Below the pieces are notes generated by a model. That model searched no databases. It saw only the letters and a program-made list of their open reading frames with translations, and was not told the origin of the DNA. A stretch of DNA of 64,000 nt from Rhodosorus marinus CCMP1338. Taxonomy: Eukaryota > Plantae > Rhodophyta. The DNA lies in assembly GCA_029953675.1 (NCBI GenBank), contig JAMWBK010000005.1, positions 3,100,001 to 3,164,000 of the forward strand. The letters run 5' to 3'. Positions 41,336 through 52,643 of the stretch are shown in pieces. Position 1 is the stretch's first letter. Each line of letters starts with the position of its first letter. Position numbers and translations under genes: made by a program.

Positions 41336-41568
41336 TGGTTCTACTAACATAGATGCGCTACGCAAGACGAAAAGGAAGCTAGGGACTAGGGAGAAGAGCG
41401 TGTAAGCCTAGGCGGCGGTGGAGCGCCTCGGCGAGCATGTTGCTAGAGTACCGCCAGAGAGCGACACTTAAACGGCTTAGGAGCACCAGAGATTCTTCAG
41501 GATGTTCGGTAAAACATTTACGCAGCCATTCCAAGCTTGAATTTTCCAGATGCAGAAAGTTTTCAAAA
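41336..41568 (-). mobile_element. Family A 3' fragment
   Basis: LEWLRKCFTEHP...LSVALWRYSS matches the end of 32123-34171. Exact 12-bp TSD tattgatcttgg at 41324-41335 and 41569-41580. Confidence 0.9.
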
Positions 41569-41620
41569 TATTGATCTTGGATTCGTTGATTGTCGCGAAC
41601 AGACTTCGTTCGCCGGACAT

Positions 41621-42036
41621 CATCATCAGGTTTATTCAGAGCGGGTCGCACGCCCGTTCACTACCGTAATTTCTTCTTCACGTTTATTAAGAGGCTAACT
41701 ACCCCGAGAAGCGTAGACAAGACACCGATGACGCGCCTCTACAAACAAAGCAACATTTGAGCGCCACAGGGTCAAAGAAAGCTCCGTGAGCAGACTATCT
41801 AGCGCCCTGGGTCGTTGCGAAAGATACATCGCAGCCAGCGAGAACCTACACTATCTATCAAGCCAAAGCATTCAATAATGAGGGGGACAAACCGGTATGT
41901 CACCGCCGAATCGCGAAAAGTAGGGTTTGACATCGCAGCCGCGTACTGTGATTTTTCACATGCCGCATGGACCGAGCTGCAGCTCCTCAACGCCGAGCGG
42001 ACACAGGCAGGTACCTGGTCGCCTGAGGACAAGGGA
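41621..42036 (-). mobile_element. Family B 3' fragment plus a second minimal B terminus
   Basis: Matches about 61205-61560 and carries a ctgatgatg tail. It splits the copia-2 protease (SHM|SGERSLF) with acat on both sides (41617-41620, 42037-42040). Confidence 0.85.
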
Positions 42037-42663
42037 ACATGTGGGACGTTGCTCCTGAGTCAATGACTATGTCGTTTGGATTTGCACTGAAGCCCAGTGC
42101 AAATAGAGTTTCTTGCAGTAACTGCGTTTACATGTCAGCTCTTCCACGGTGCGGTGTAGTAGAGCAGCATTGGCTCTCAAGGTGCACAGATAGCACACGC
42201 CTTAATACTTTCAGAGCCTCCGGTTCCTTGTTGCTGTGGAAATTCTTCCTCCGGCACTCCTTTTGGAAGAGTCCATATCGGTTGCGCTTGTGGCATTTTA
42301 TCGATGCTCTGCATTGGACCGTCTTCTGGTTGTTCCGAACATATTTCTCGCATTTCAGATTAGGCCCCTTGAACCGCATGTGCATAATCGCGTGCTCGTT
42401 GGGTTTTGATGTTGGCATTGTCCTTCGGCCACCTCCCAGGCGCGCTCTAATGGTTTCCCAGTCAAGTTTCTCCTTGGAGATGTTTTTCAGGCCTTCGATG
42501 GTTGATCTCAAACGCGTTTATCGTTCAGGATCAGCAGATGTGGCCCAAGCGCTTTTTCTAGAACGTAAAACTGGGCTCAAACCTGTTGGCAAATATGTGT
42601 TTTATGCGTTTTCTCTTATGTCTCTTCTTAGTTTATCTTAGATTCTCCCCCACTAGCATGTCA

Positions 42664-42965
42664 TCAGGTTTATTCAGAGGCTAACTACCCAGAGAAGCGA
42701 GATAAAAGACGCTGATGACGCGCGTCTACAAACAAAGCCGCATTTTAGTCCCACAGGGTCAAAGAAAGCTCCGTGAGCAGACTATCTAGACGCCCTGGGT
42801 CGTTGCGAAAACGTACATCGCAGCCAACGAGAACCTACAATATCTATCAAGCCAAAGCATTCAACAATGAGGCGGACAAACCGGTATGTCACCGCCGAAT
42901 CGCGAAAAGTAGGGTTTGACATCGTTCTGCGATTCTTTAACATGCCGCATGGGCCGAGCTGCAGT
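42664..42965 (-). mobile_element. Family B 3' fragment
   Basis: Matches the family-B 3' end. atgtca flanks both sides (42658-42663, 42966-42971). Confidence 0.85.
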
Positions 42966-43054
42966 ATGTCAATGAGCTTGAGTCATATAAGCATCAAGCT
43001 TGGTTAACCCCAACGCTTCTAAGTCACTTCATGGTCTACACTTGCGTGTCTCGA

Positions 43055-43248
43055 TTCAACACGTTAGTTTCCATTCTAGAGCCTGCACGCTCATTTCACC
43101 ATTTACACGTTTCAGGGCCGTGTGATGGGACGCCAACTGTATCAGCAGCATTTTCAACACGTTGGTTTCCATTCTAGAGCCGTACGCTCATTTTAACCAT
43201 CTACGCGTTTCAGGGCCATGTGATGGAACCGCAACTGTATCAGCAGCA
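43055..43248 (+). repeat. About 98-bp tandem duplication (2 copies)
   Basis: ttcaacacgtt...ttccattctagagcc...tttcagggcc...caactgtatcagcagca occurs twice. Confidence 0.85.
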
Positions 43249-43801
43249 ACTATGACAAAGTCTTCATGGTGGTGGGACGTCCTTCGATTGACGTTTGACT
43301 ATTAACAGTAATAGCTGTTCTAATTATAGCATAAAGCGTCTCTAGCACGTAAAATACTACTTCATACAGTTCAACTTTTTGAGTTTGTTGGCGCATTGCG
43401 CCACAACAGTTTATCCAATGAATTACGGTATATACGGTATATATGCGTATTAGCCAATCATTGAATTGCCCACCAATTCTAAGTGCGACCGTAAAATTTA
43501 AACCATTCATTCAAAAGTACTGGACTATATAGAAAATCAAGCCGTAGGTAACGTGTGTTCGACGTGAAAGTTCTCACAGTGGACTGGCGTCTTACAGAGC
43601 TATAGAGACCCGCGGAGGCGCATACACCGTTCGTTACCTTTTACTCGAGCAACCTCTCTGATCGCAGAATGGCTAGCATATTTATCCCGTTCTGGAATGG
43701 GGTGGGCAGTAAGCGCCTGGGCGGCCCAATCGCCCGGTTCGCGGAGTTTTAGATTTTACGCAGCGTGGGCCAATGCGAACTACTTGCTCTCCCCATATTC
43801 C

Positions 43802-43844
43802 ACATCAGTTTATTCAGCGCCGAACTACCCTAAGAAGCGAGAAA
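43802..43844 (-). mobile_element. 43-bp family B micro-insertion
   Basis: tttctcgcttcttagggtagttcggcgctgaataaac + tgatgt between 9-bp repeats ccatattcc (43793-43801, 43845-43853). Confidence 0.8.
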
Positions 43845-44111
43845 CCATATTCCCATAGCCGGGCTGGGCAAATTCACTTCCTGCACAAGCCTAGGTGAAA
43901 GGGTGATGGGAAATGAGTATTGGACTGAAATGGCTATGAATGAATTTGTTTATGGTTATAAAGGTAGATCGGACGCATTGTTGAGGAAGGGGGGGGGAGA
44001 GAGGAATGGGATTAGGTTGGTCTGGGGATATTGAGAGGGTAAGGGACTCGTTGTTCAGATACGAGGCAGCTTTTTAATGTTGAAGATAAGGCGATAGATT
44101 CTGGAGTATAG

Positions 44112-44933
44112 ATGGCGGAGAAAGATGTGAACCTGACCGGGGTTCCGGAGACGATGCTTTGGACGCTTCACAATCGAGCCGATGAGGCGCGGAGAACTGA
44201 TGGGTTCGTAAAGGATGATCTGTGTTTGAGTATCTATGAATCAATAGACTATGACTATGGGAGAAGCTTTGGACGACCGGATTCTTCCCACGGATGGAGG
44301 TCGAGCCTGCTGGATAAGCGGTTAAGCGAATGGATCGACCGAAACGACGGGGGAGTTGTCATAGAACTTGGCGCTGGGCTGGAGACGCAGTTCTACAGGG
44401 TAATGGATGATCGAATTCGCTGGTATGCGGTCGATGTTCAGGAAGCTATGGCCGTGAGAGAAAGGTATATTCCGGCGCACGAAAGGCTTGTAAATATAGG
44501 GAAAAGCGCGCTGGACTATACCTGGCTCGACGATGTTCCAGAGGGAAAGGACGGCAAGGCATTTGTCAGCATGCAAGGATTGCTGATGTACTTCCGCGAA
44601 GAGGACGTCAGGCAACTAATTCCGACAATCTTGGCCAAGTACCCCAACGCCACTCTAGTTTTCGATGTGATTTCGAGATGGTTTTCTGATATGACTGTGA
44701 AAGGATTGTCAAAAACAAAGCATTACATGTTTCCGCCGATGCCGTGGGGAATATCACGAAAAGAGATCGAACCCTTTATGGCGGAAGTGTTCCCGGGTGC
44801 TCAGATAACCGTTATGCCGTACAAATTCAGGCCCGAGTGGGGGGGCATGTATGGGCTTTTCCAGCTCTTGGGTTCCTTTGGTTTTACTGATGCGCCTTTA
44901 ATCCTTGCCCTCTCCAAGGACGGAGATCGATAG
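44112..44933 (+). CDS. Class I SAM-dependent methyltransferase, LCM/TcmP-like (COG3315-type), intronless, 273 aa
   Basis: LTGVPETMLWTLHNRA, VIELGAGLET, WYAVDV, SALDYTWLD, MQGLLMYF and LVFD; intact ORF. Confidence 0.9.
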   Translation: MAEKDVNLTGVPETMLWTLHNRADEARRTDGFVKDDLCLSIYESIDYDYGRSFGRPDSSHGWRSSLLDKRLSEWIDRNDGGVVIELGAGLETQFYRVMDDRIRWYAVDVQEAMAVRERYIPAHERLVNIGKSALDYTWLDDVPEGKDGKAFVSMQGLLMYFREEDVRQLIPTILAKYPNATLVFDVISRWFSDMTVKGLSKTKHYMFPPMPWGISRKEIEPFMAEVFPGAQITVMPYKFRPEWGGMYGLFQLLGSFGFTDAPLILALSKDGDR

Positions 44934-45019
44934 AGTGGCTTTGGTCCCCAAGCCGAGCACGATCGGCGTGTACGAGATGATACGATGCTCGCGACCTAAC
45001 TCGTCAACATTTTATTTTC

Positions 45020-45170
45020 CCACACACCGGGAATGTACTCTGCCGAGCGTGGGGAAATCCGAAAAATATTTACCACCTATATTCCTCCGTCCATATCTGG
45101 CTACGAAAACCCGACCAGACGTAGGTAATGCAGCAAGCTTATTAGCTCAGCACTCTGCAAATCTAGACAT
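45020..45170 (+). mobile_element. Small copia RT relic
   Basis: YLATKTRPDVGNAASLLAQ resembles the copia L.YL...TRPDI..AV..L motif. Confidence 0.55.
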
Positions 45171-45538
45171 AATCACTGGCAGCTAAAACGAGTCCCACGC
45201 AGTAAAGCATACTCAAAACCTAACAGTGTGAAAGATGCTTCAGTCCTTTTGAAGAATGAATGAATACCAATCTCCCCGTCTCCCCCCCTCCACCAAAAAA
45301 ACACACCTCTCTCTTGGGGGAAACCCCTGCATCCGTTCTTTGCCTTACATCGTTTCCAGATGGTATTGTTGTCCTGGGAAAGGAGGGCCTGTAGGGATTC
45401 CGCAATAGCAGCCGGTCGGGGTCACTCCTCGGATTCCCGAATATTACTTCGAAACTTCGCCAGGGCAACCCAGTAACCTTTATTCGGCAACTACCCGCCG
45501 CAGCGCAACCCAAACCCTCTCATGGCGGAGACGAAGTT

Positions 45539-45570
45539 GGCGATCCGTTTATTCAGAGCCTAACTACCCT
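45539..45570 (-). mobile_element. 32-bp family B micro-insertion
   Basis: agggtagttaggctctgaataaac + ggatcgcc between 9-bp repeats gacgaagtt (45530-45538, 45571-45579). Confidence 0.8.
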
Positions 45571-45605
45571 GACGAAGTTCGTGAAGAGAAAACTTGATAC
45601 GTAGA

Positions 45606-46335
45606 TGGTGGTGGTTTACTGGTTTTTATTGGGCTTTTTTTTAGCAGAGCCTGAAGCGCTACGCAAGGCGTGGACTGTAACTCAGGAGAGAAACATGCAA
45701 ACCCAAGCGCCGATGGCGCGCCGATGGCGCGCCTCGGCAAGAATGCTGCTGGCATATCGCCACAGGGCGACACTGAAACGGCGTAAGCGTTCCAAGTATT
45801 CCATAGGGTGCTCAGCAAAACATTTCCGCAACCACTCCAAACCCGACCCGACCACGTGGCCAAAGGTTTCCACAACGAAAGGCTGCAACCATGTGAGAAC
45901 GACCTCAGCGCAAGGCAGACTGGCCATACTATCAGCATACCGTCGTTCATTCACTCGGCGAAGGGCCGAAGCGGCTGCTCCTCGGCGACGGGCGGCAGAC
46001 CTGAGATGATCGCTTGCCACAGGGTATGTGATCGCAAGGTCCACATATGCTGAGCGTCCGGCGGTAGTGTCAGAGACGAGGAGATCTGCGATGCAGCGAG
46101 GCGGTGCCGTGTCCGAGACCGATCTGGGCAGCTCCGATTCCATCTCAACCGAAGGCCCTACCCGAGTCAAACTTTCGCGGAGAATGTACTTGAGGCGAGT
46201 GTGACGCCCCGTACGAAGACCTCTCAACTGTCCGCATGAACCTAAGAAGTGTTAACCACACGCGTCAATCCGAGTCTCACATCCCCGACAGAAAGACGGC
46301 CGATTAGAGTACAACACGGAGCTTGTGGCTAACCC
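45606..46335 (-). mobile_element. Family A 3' fragment (zinc knuckle and REL)
   Basis: Homologous to 33525-34228. Ends ccagtaaaccaccacca. 7-bp TSD acgtaga at 45599-45605 and 46336-46342. Confidence 0.9.
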
Positions 46336-46448
46336 ACGTAGACCCCCCCCTGTTCTCACAAACGTTTCGTTATCTGACGCCGAGGAGTCCACGAGCGACG
46401 TGTCGGGCTACGCACTTCCTGAGTCTCCCGAAGCTACCACCTCTTTCC

Positions 46449-47189
46449 GTTTATTCAGAGCCTAACTACCCTGAGAAGCGAGAGACAAGACGCTGATGAC
46501 GCGCGTCTACAAACAAAGCAGCATTTGAGCGCCACAGGATCAAAGAAAGCTCCGTGAGGGGACTATCTAGACGCCCTGGGTCGTTGCGAAAGATACCTCG
46601 AACCCAGCGGGAACCTACACTATCTATCATGCCAAAGCACTCAATAACGAGGTGGAAAAACCGGTATGTCACCGCCGAATCGCGAGGGGTAGGGTTTGAC
46701 GTCGCTGCCGCGTACTGCGATGCTTTCACATGCCGCATGGACCAAGCTTCAGCTCCTAGACGCCGAGCGGACGCAGGCAGGTACCTGGTCGCCTGAGGAC
46801 AAGGGATGGAGAGGTCAATGTACTCACTGCGACGCGCATTTAGGTCAGTCACACGAGATCCTCCACCCGCTGTACCGCTGGGACGTCACTCTCGTCAGCA
46901 ATTTCCGATACCACCGCCAGAGGGACCTCATACTCCACTACTCGATCCGTACCGAGCGATTGAGAGGTAGCGGAAAAGCAAGCAGTTGAGCCGCGTATGG
47001 CGTCTGGTCCAGGCCCCTTGAACCTCCGCACAAGGCGCCAACCAATGCGCACCATAATCACCCCGCGGCACATTGGCCCCGCACAGTGCACATCTAGAAT
47101 CCCGCTCAACGGGCCCGCGGGAGTTGCGGCAACCCCAGGTACAGTCGTAAGCTTACACGAACTTCGAGATCGGTAAGCGCCAAAACGCT
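46449..47189 (-). mobile_element. Family B 3' fragment (about 740 bp, single REL core), head-to-head with the 5' end of the long B copy
   Basis: MTDLNARRSEYIDLSIPCPQ...HQRLVSRFSG* followed by ttaggctctgaataaac. Confidence 0.9.
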
Positions 47190-47957
47190 GGTTTTTTGTT
47201 GGCTGGGTTGGGCGCGATTGAGTTTGTTCGCGATCCTCGTGTGGGCTGCCTTCTTTCTGCGACTGTTCCTCGCCTTTCCCGGCGTCTCCGGGTCGTCCGC
47301 GAAGGTTTTTTTGGGCGGTTTTGGTCTGGGAAGGTGGTTACGGTAGGGGATTGGTTTAATTTTGGTGTTGGTGTTTTGTGCGGCGATATTTCGGTCACAA
47401 GTACACCTGCACCACTCTTCCCCGGCGTCCCTCTGAATCTCCGCTTCAGATGGTTCCGTCAACTGCCTCTCCGCAGTCAGTGGAGCTAAGACCCGGGGGA
47501 TTCGGCACACTAGCTGAGCTGCCAGGTTGCACCAAGGCTACTGCGGAAGCCTTAGTTGTCCAAATTGCTCGCGCAGTTGCTGTTGCTGCTGAAGCCAACC
47601 GCCTCGCGGAACTGACTTCCACCCTCACTGCTTTTGCCGATGGCCCGTGCCCCGGCGCGACGACGGCGGCCGCGGATGTCCCACTTCGCGTGTCCCATCT
47701 GGGACAAACGAGGTTGAGACAGCTGTTCATGAGACAGCTGTCCTCCCGAGTCGATCTCTTCTGGCAGACTCTTCTGTGTCTGGTCCCGTGCCCCCTGCCG
47801 CCGCTACTCGCCCGCCGCGGCCTTCCTATTCCCAAGTCCTCCGTCGCGGGTCCGCCGAGGCCCGCGCGGAGGCCCTGGTACGTACATTCCCTGCCGAGCC
47901 TGCCGTTGACTCTGTTCAACGGACCATATCCTCAGCGTTGATTTTTCGGGACCCATG

Positions 47958-48197
47958 TGTTAGAACTTGCCCTGACAGCTGTGTAATCTATGTAAGACAC
48001 TCCCTACTTTAGTGTAAGATCTCCCTACTTTAGTGTAAGATCCCTACTTTAGTGTAAGACGCTAATGTGCTAGTATTTCTACTTTACTGTCAGGCACCTC
48101 TTAGTTTACAGTTACCAAGACTATATAAGACCTAGCATTGCTAGATCTTGAGACCTAGAATGGAGTAAAGGACAAGTTGGTTAGAAGAGTTCTAACA
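47958..48197 (+). repeat. gypsy 5' LTR with three internal 18-bp repeats ccctactttagtgtaaga
   Basis: TG...CA; 4 substitutions relative to the 3' LTR (hand count). Confidence 0.95.
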
Positions 48198-48286
48198 GTG
48201 GTCTCATCGCTCAAAGGTTTAAGAGGATACGAACGGAGGGAGGGGCGATCTAGCGGAAGCAGGAGGACTCGAGTAGCCAACTTCAA

Positions 48287-49018
48287 ATGACTACGTTTAC
48301 CATACCCCCGCCCGAGGCTTACGACGGCAAGCGGGATTTCGTCAAAATTCAGACGTTCGTAGCCTCACTGCGTGGCTACCTGAACTTCCATCACGTAGCA
48401 GACTCCGGCCGCCAGTCAGTCCACTACGCGGGGCTGTTTTTGAGAGCCCAGGCCCAGGTCTGGTACCAGGGTCTTCGACAAGCGGCGGATGGCATCCCGG
48501 AGGCACTGGCCTCCCTCAAAGACTTCGAACAGGCCCTGCGAGGACAGTTCGAGCCTCACGACCATATCGAGCGAGTCCGGGCCAAACTGCGCAGCGCTCG
48601 ACAACGCGGCCCTGATGTCACCCGTTATGTCGACTATCTGGATGAACTTTTCATGCAATTGGGAGAGTTCATCAGCGACTCTGAAAAGCTGGAGCGCTTT
48701 AAGGCGGGCTTGACTGGTCGTGAGCGAGACTTCGTCTACTATGGTCGACCCAAGACCTATGAAGAAGCGAAAGCCATCGCATTGAGCCTGGCGGGTGCCC
48801 ACGAGATGCCGAAGGAAGTGACGAAGGGATCCTCGAATCCACCAAGAAGCAAACCCCGCACAACGTCACCGCGCCGGCCCCACACGCGCAGCATGGGGTC
48901 ACCGCCAACCTGCTACCAGTGTCAAGAGGTAGGACACTTTAAACGAGACTGCCCCCGGCGACTGGCGTATTTGCAGGCGGAGGTGACACGCTTATCGAGC
49001 CTACAGCAGGAAAAATAA
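48287..49018 (+). CDS. gypsy Gag, 243 aa
   Basis: PPPEAYDG, AQVWY, RAKLRSARQ and zinc knuckle CYQCQEVGHFKRDC. Confidence 0.93.
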   Translation: MTTFTIPPPEAYDGKRDFVKIQTFVASLRGYLNFHHVADSGRQSVHYAGLFLRAQAQVWYQGLRQAADGIPEALASLKDFEQALRGQFEPHDHIERVRAKLRSARQRGPDVTRYVDYLDELFMQLGEFISDSEKLERFKAGLTGRERDFVYYGRPKTYEEAKAIALSLAGAHEMPKEVTKGSSNPPRSKPRTTSPRRPHTRSMGSPPTCYQCQEVGHFKRDCPRRLAYLQAEVTRLSSLQQEK

Positions 49019-49035
49019 CGGACTCCGGACGAGGG

Positions 49036-52000
49036 ATGCCGTCCGAGAGTCCAACGACCAGCATCCCAACCGTTGGGTTACAGCAACGGGGTAATGCAGG
49101 CCTAACTGCAATAGGCGTGGTAGCGGCGGAACCGGTGGAATGTCTCATCGACACCGGTGCGGTGACGTCAATTAGAGAGGACGTTGCGAAAGCCGCCAAC
49201 CTACCGAGGTACGACGAGCCACGGACATACGGGTTGGCTGTCGGTGAGGAGACCGTGATCAGCCCCGGAGTGACGGAGACAACGATCACACTCCAGGGAC
49301 GACAATTCAAGACGAAGCTGCGAATATTCAAGCATCTAAGCCACGATGTATACTTAGGTCTCGATTTCTTGAGGCAACATCGAATAACTGTCGATTGTAG
49401 CGCGGAACCCCCACAGCTGGTACTGGGAGCGGAAGACACCAGCATGCGGGGGATCACAAGTATGGAGACGGAGGAAGAAATAGGGGAGAGGTCTGGCGCG
49501 GTCATCCGGGAAGAGAAAGGCGGAAAGGACCAGGTTGCCGACCCAGGAGAGAAGTTTGGTGCCGTCATCCGGAAAGAGTTTCCCCAAGTTTTCCAAGATA
49601 CACTGCCGTTGCCACCGAAGAACCGGCAATTATATGCACTCAAAATCGAATTGGAACCAGGGGCGAGTACACCAGCTCAACGCGCATATTCGATGTCACG
49701 GGTCGACCGAGACCGGCTACAAGGAGAGTTGCACGACTTGGAAGAGCAAGGATTTATCTCACGGAGCAGAAGTCCGTATGCTGCACCTGTGTTGTACGTG
49801 GACAAAAAGGACGGTGGGCGACGCCTCTGCATCGACTATCGCCGGTTGAACCAGATCACCGTGCGAGAAAGAACGACCCCGCCTAGAGTGGAGGAACTAT
49901 TGGATACCCTGAGCAGCGCGCGGGTTTTCACAACGTTAGACCTCCGCTCGGGATATTGGCAGTTGCCAATTGAACAGGCATCACGCGAGAAGACGGCCTT
50001 TGTCACGTGCTTCGGACAATACCAGTGGAATGTCATGCCGTTTGGGTTGAAGAATGCGCCCTCGGCATTCATCCGCTACTTGACGGATGTATTATATGAT
50101 CTTCTCAACCAGTGCGTTGTGTTATACGTTGACGACATTCTGGTATATTCCCCAGATGACACACAACACCGGGACGATGTTCGAAAGGTGCTACGACGCC
50201 TCGAGCAGCATCAGCTGATCGTCAAATATTCGAAGTGCGGTTTTGGATTACGCCAAGTTTGCTACCTAGGCCAAATCTTGGCGGGAGGCACTCGACGTCC
50301 CAATCCGGAAAAGGTCAAAGCAGTTCAGAATTGGAAGACGCCAACGACGGTTAAGGAGCTACGGGCCTTCATGGGTTTCGCGAACTTCTTGCGCCCCTTT
50401 GTACCACACTTTGCCCAGGTAGCGGCGCCCCTCCACAGGCTAACGAAGAAAGACCAAAAGTGGGGTTGGCACGCGGACGAACAACAAGCCTTTGATGGGT
50501 TAAAGTCCGCCATATCAGCAACCACCATGCTGTACATGGTTGATCCGATCCTCCCCTTCATCGTGCAGACGGACGCAAGCGACACCGGGGTGGGTGCTGT
50601 CCTATTCCAGACCCGCCAGGATCAGGAGGTGCCCGTGGCGTATATGTCCCGATCCTTCAATAGCACCGAGAAACGCTACAGTACGTACGAGAAAGAACTC
50701 TACGCTATCGTCCTGGCCATCCGCAGGTGGTCCGTGTATCTTGATGGGCAACAGTTCACTGTGCGTACGGACCATAACCCGCTACGCTTCTTGCAAACAC
50801 AGACGACATTAACTCGTCGGCAGGCGCGGTACGTGAACATATTACTACCCTACTCCTTTGAGGTTCAATACGTACGCGGCAAGATAAACGTCGCGGATGC
50901 ACTGAGTCGCGACGCATTACGAGCCACCCGCGTCACGATGGAAGCCGATTGGACTCCAGAGTACCAAGCTGATCCAGAATTCTGCACGCAATTTCGCAGC
51001 CCGGACCAGTTTGAGGGTTTCCAACGAAAAAAGGGTCTATTATTCCTCCATGCACGACTTTGCGTACCCGAACGCCGTGTTAATGAGGTCATCGATGGGC
51101 ACCACCAGTCTCTAACGTCAGGCCATTTTGGCGCACAAGCTACTTACCGTGTGGTGCGACGACGCTATTGCTGGCCCAGCATGAGGAAGGACATCTTCAC
51201 GCGCGTCCAGCAATGCTCGGTTTGTGCACGAGAACAACCGCTGCGTCGGCATCAAGGGGAACTACAACCCCTCCCGATACCGGAACAGCGGGCCTCTGAT
51301 TGGTCGATGGATTTCATCACTGCATTTCCCAACGTCGAGGGCTATGATGCCATTCTGGTGGTCGTTGACCGGCTTACGAAGTATGCCGTGTTCATCCCCA
51401 CAACGAAGACGGTGACTGCAGAAGAGGTGGCAGCGCTAATCGTGAAGAATATTATCACGTGGTTCGGACTACCACGAAGCTTCGTCACTGATCGTGATAA
51501 GGTCTTTACCGCCACATTCTGGCGCCACCTAATGCGAATAATGGGGATTGACCACCTCTGTCGACGGCATATCACCCTGAAACGGATGGGCAAACAGAGC
51601 GCGTCAATCAGACCCTCCAGATCATGCTGAGATGCTGTTGTACGAGCCACACTTGGGTACAGAGTTTACCCCTGCTTCAACTGGCGTATAATAATCATAC
51701 TTCAGCGAGTACCGGGTATTCACCATATTTCTTGTTAACAGGAGGGCACCCGCGGCTCAATTTGGACACCTCAACCCCTACTACTACGATTCATAATCTG
51801 GCCGATGCTGTTACTGCCTTTTCGCAACGTCAAGAACGAATCCTCGCTGACGCACGGAAATCTATGGCCCTGGCGCAAAAGTTATACACGGAACAAGCAA
51901 ATTCACGACGTCATGCCAAAATCTTCAATATCGGAGACAACGTTTATTTGTCAACGCGGAATCTCTTACTGGAGGGCCCAACCCGCTTCCAACCTCGATG

Positions 52001-52376
52001 GTTGGGCCCGTTTCCCGTGATCGAGAAACACTCTGATGTGGCATACACTCTGCAGTTACCGGATGAAATACGGATACATCCGACATTTCACGTTTCTTTG
52101 CTAAAAGGTGCCCCTACGTGTCCTCCGAATTCTCCGATACGGAGTATCCCTCTCCAATCGGATCTCTATTCAACGTTACCGATCCTGTCGGTATTGGGAG
52201 TCCGCCATGCGGCTACCGGTGTCCGACAGTTCCTATGTTATCGCGAAAACGAATCCTGGACTGATGCCACTTGGATACCCGAGCCGGACTACCCCACCGA
52301 TCTACAATCTCGACGACGCTTACGACACTACCTCAATTATCGCAAGGCGCTTGACGCGCTACCTTCAACTTCTTGA
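49036..52376 (+). CDS. gypsy Pol (PR-RT-RH-IN-chromodomain-like) with one frameshift near 51557
   Basis: LIDTGA, LDLRSGYWQ, MPFGLKNAP, YVDDIL, TDASDTG, SMDFI, STAYHPETDGQTER (restored by +1 nt), WLGPF and DATWIPE. Confidence 0.93.
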
Positions 52377-52403
52377 GTTTGTCCCCAAACTCGGCGGGAG
52401 GAA

Positions 52404-52643
52404 TGTTAGAACTTGCCCTGACAGCTGTGTAATCTATGTAAGACACTCCCTACTTTAGTGTAAGATCTCACTACTTTAGTGTAAGATCCCTACTTTAGTG
52501 TAAGACGCTAGTGTGCTAGTATTTCTACTTTACTGTCAGGCACGTCTTAGTTTACAGTTACCAAGACTATATAAGACCTAGCATTGCTAGATCTTGAGAC
52601 CTAGAATGGAGTAAAGGACAAGTTGGTTAGAAGAGTTATAACA
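52404..52643 (+). repeat. gypsy 3' LTR
   Basis: Direct repeat of 47958-48197. Confidence 0.95.

Larger units (their letters stand above)
34229..42960 (-). mobile_element. Ty1/copia element (copia-2), split by family A, B and C insertions
   Basis: Pieces in collinear order: gag knuckle and IDSGATSHM (42640-42037); SGERSLF...VTLAD...DVLYPP...KKGY (41620-41569 and 41335-41054); integrase TVRSDGGE...NGISER (36308-35558); RT (35480-34617); RNase H (34693-34229). Confidence 0.85.
47958..52643 (+). mobile_element. Ty3/gypsy (chromovirus-like) LTR retrotransposon, structurally complete
   Basis: 240-bp LTRs, 5-bp TSD ccatg (47953-47957, 52644-52648), PBS 48199-48211, PPT 52393-52403. Confidence 0.97.

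Noticed and set aside
43498-43513. ttaaaccattcattca matching the family C tail
   Set aside because: Only 16 nt, with no upstream homology and no TSD.
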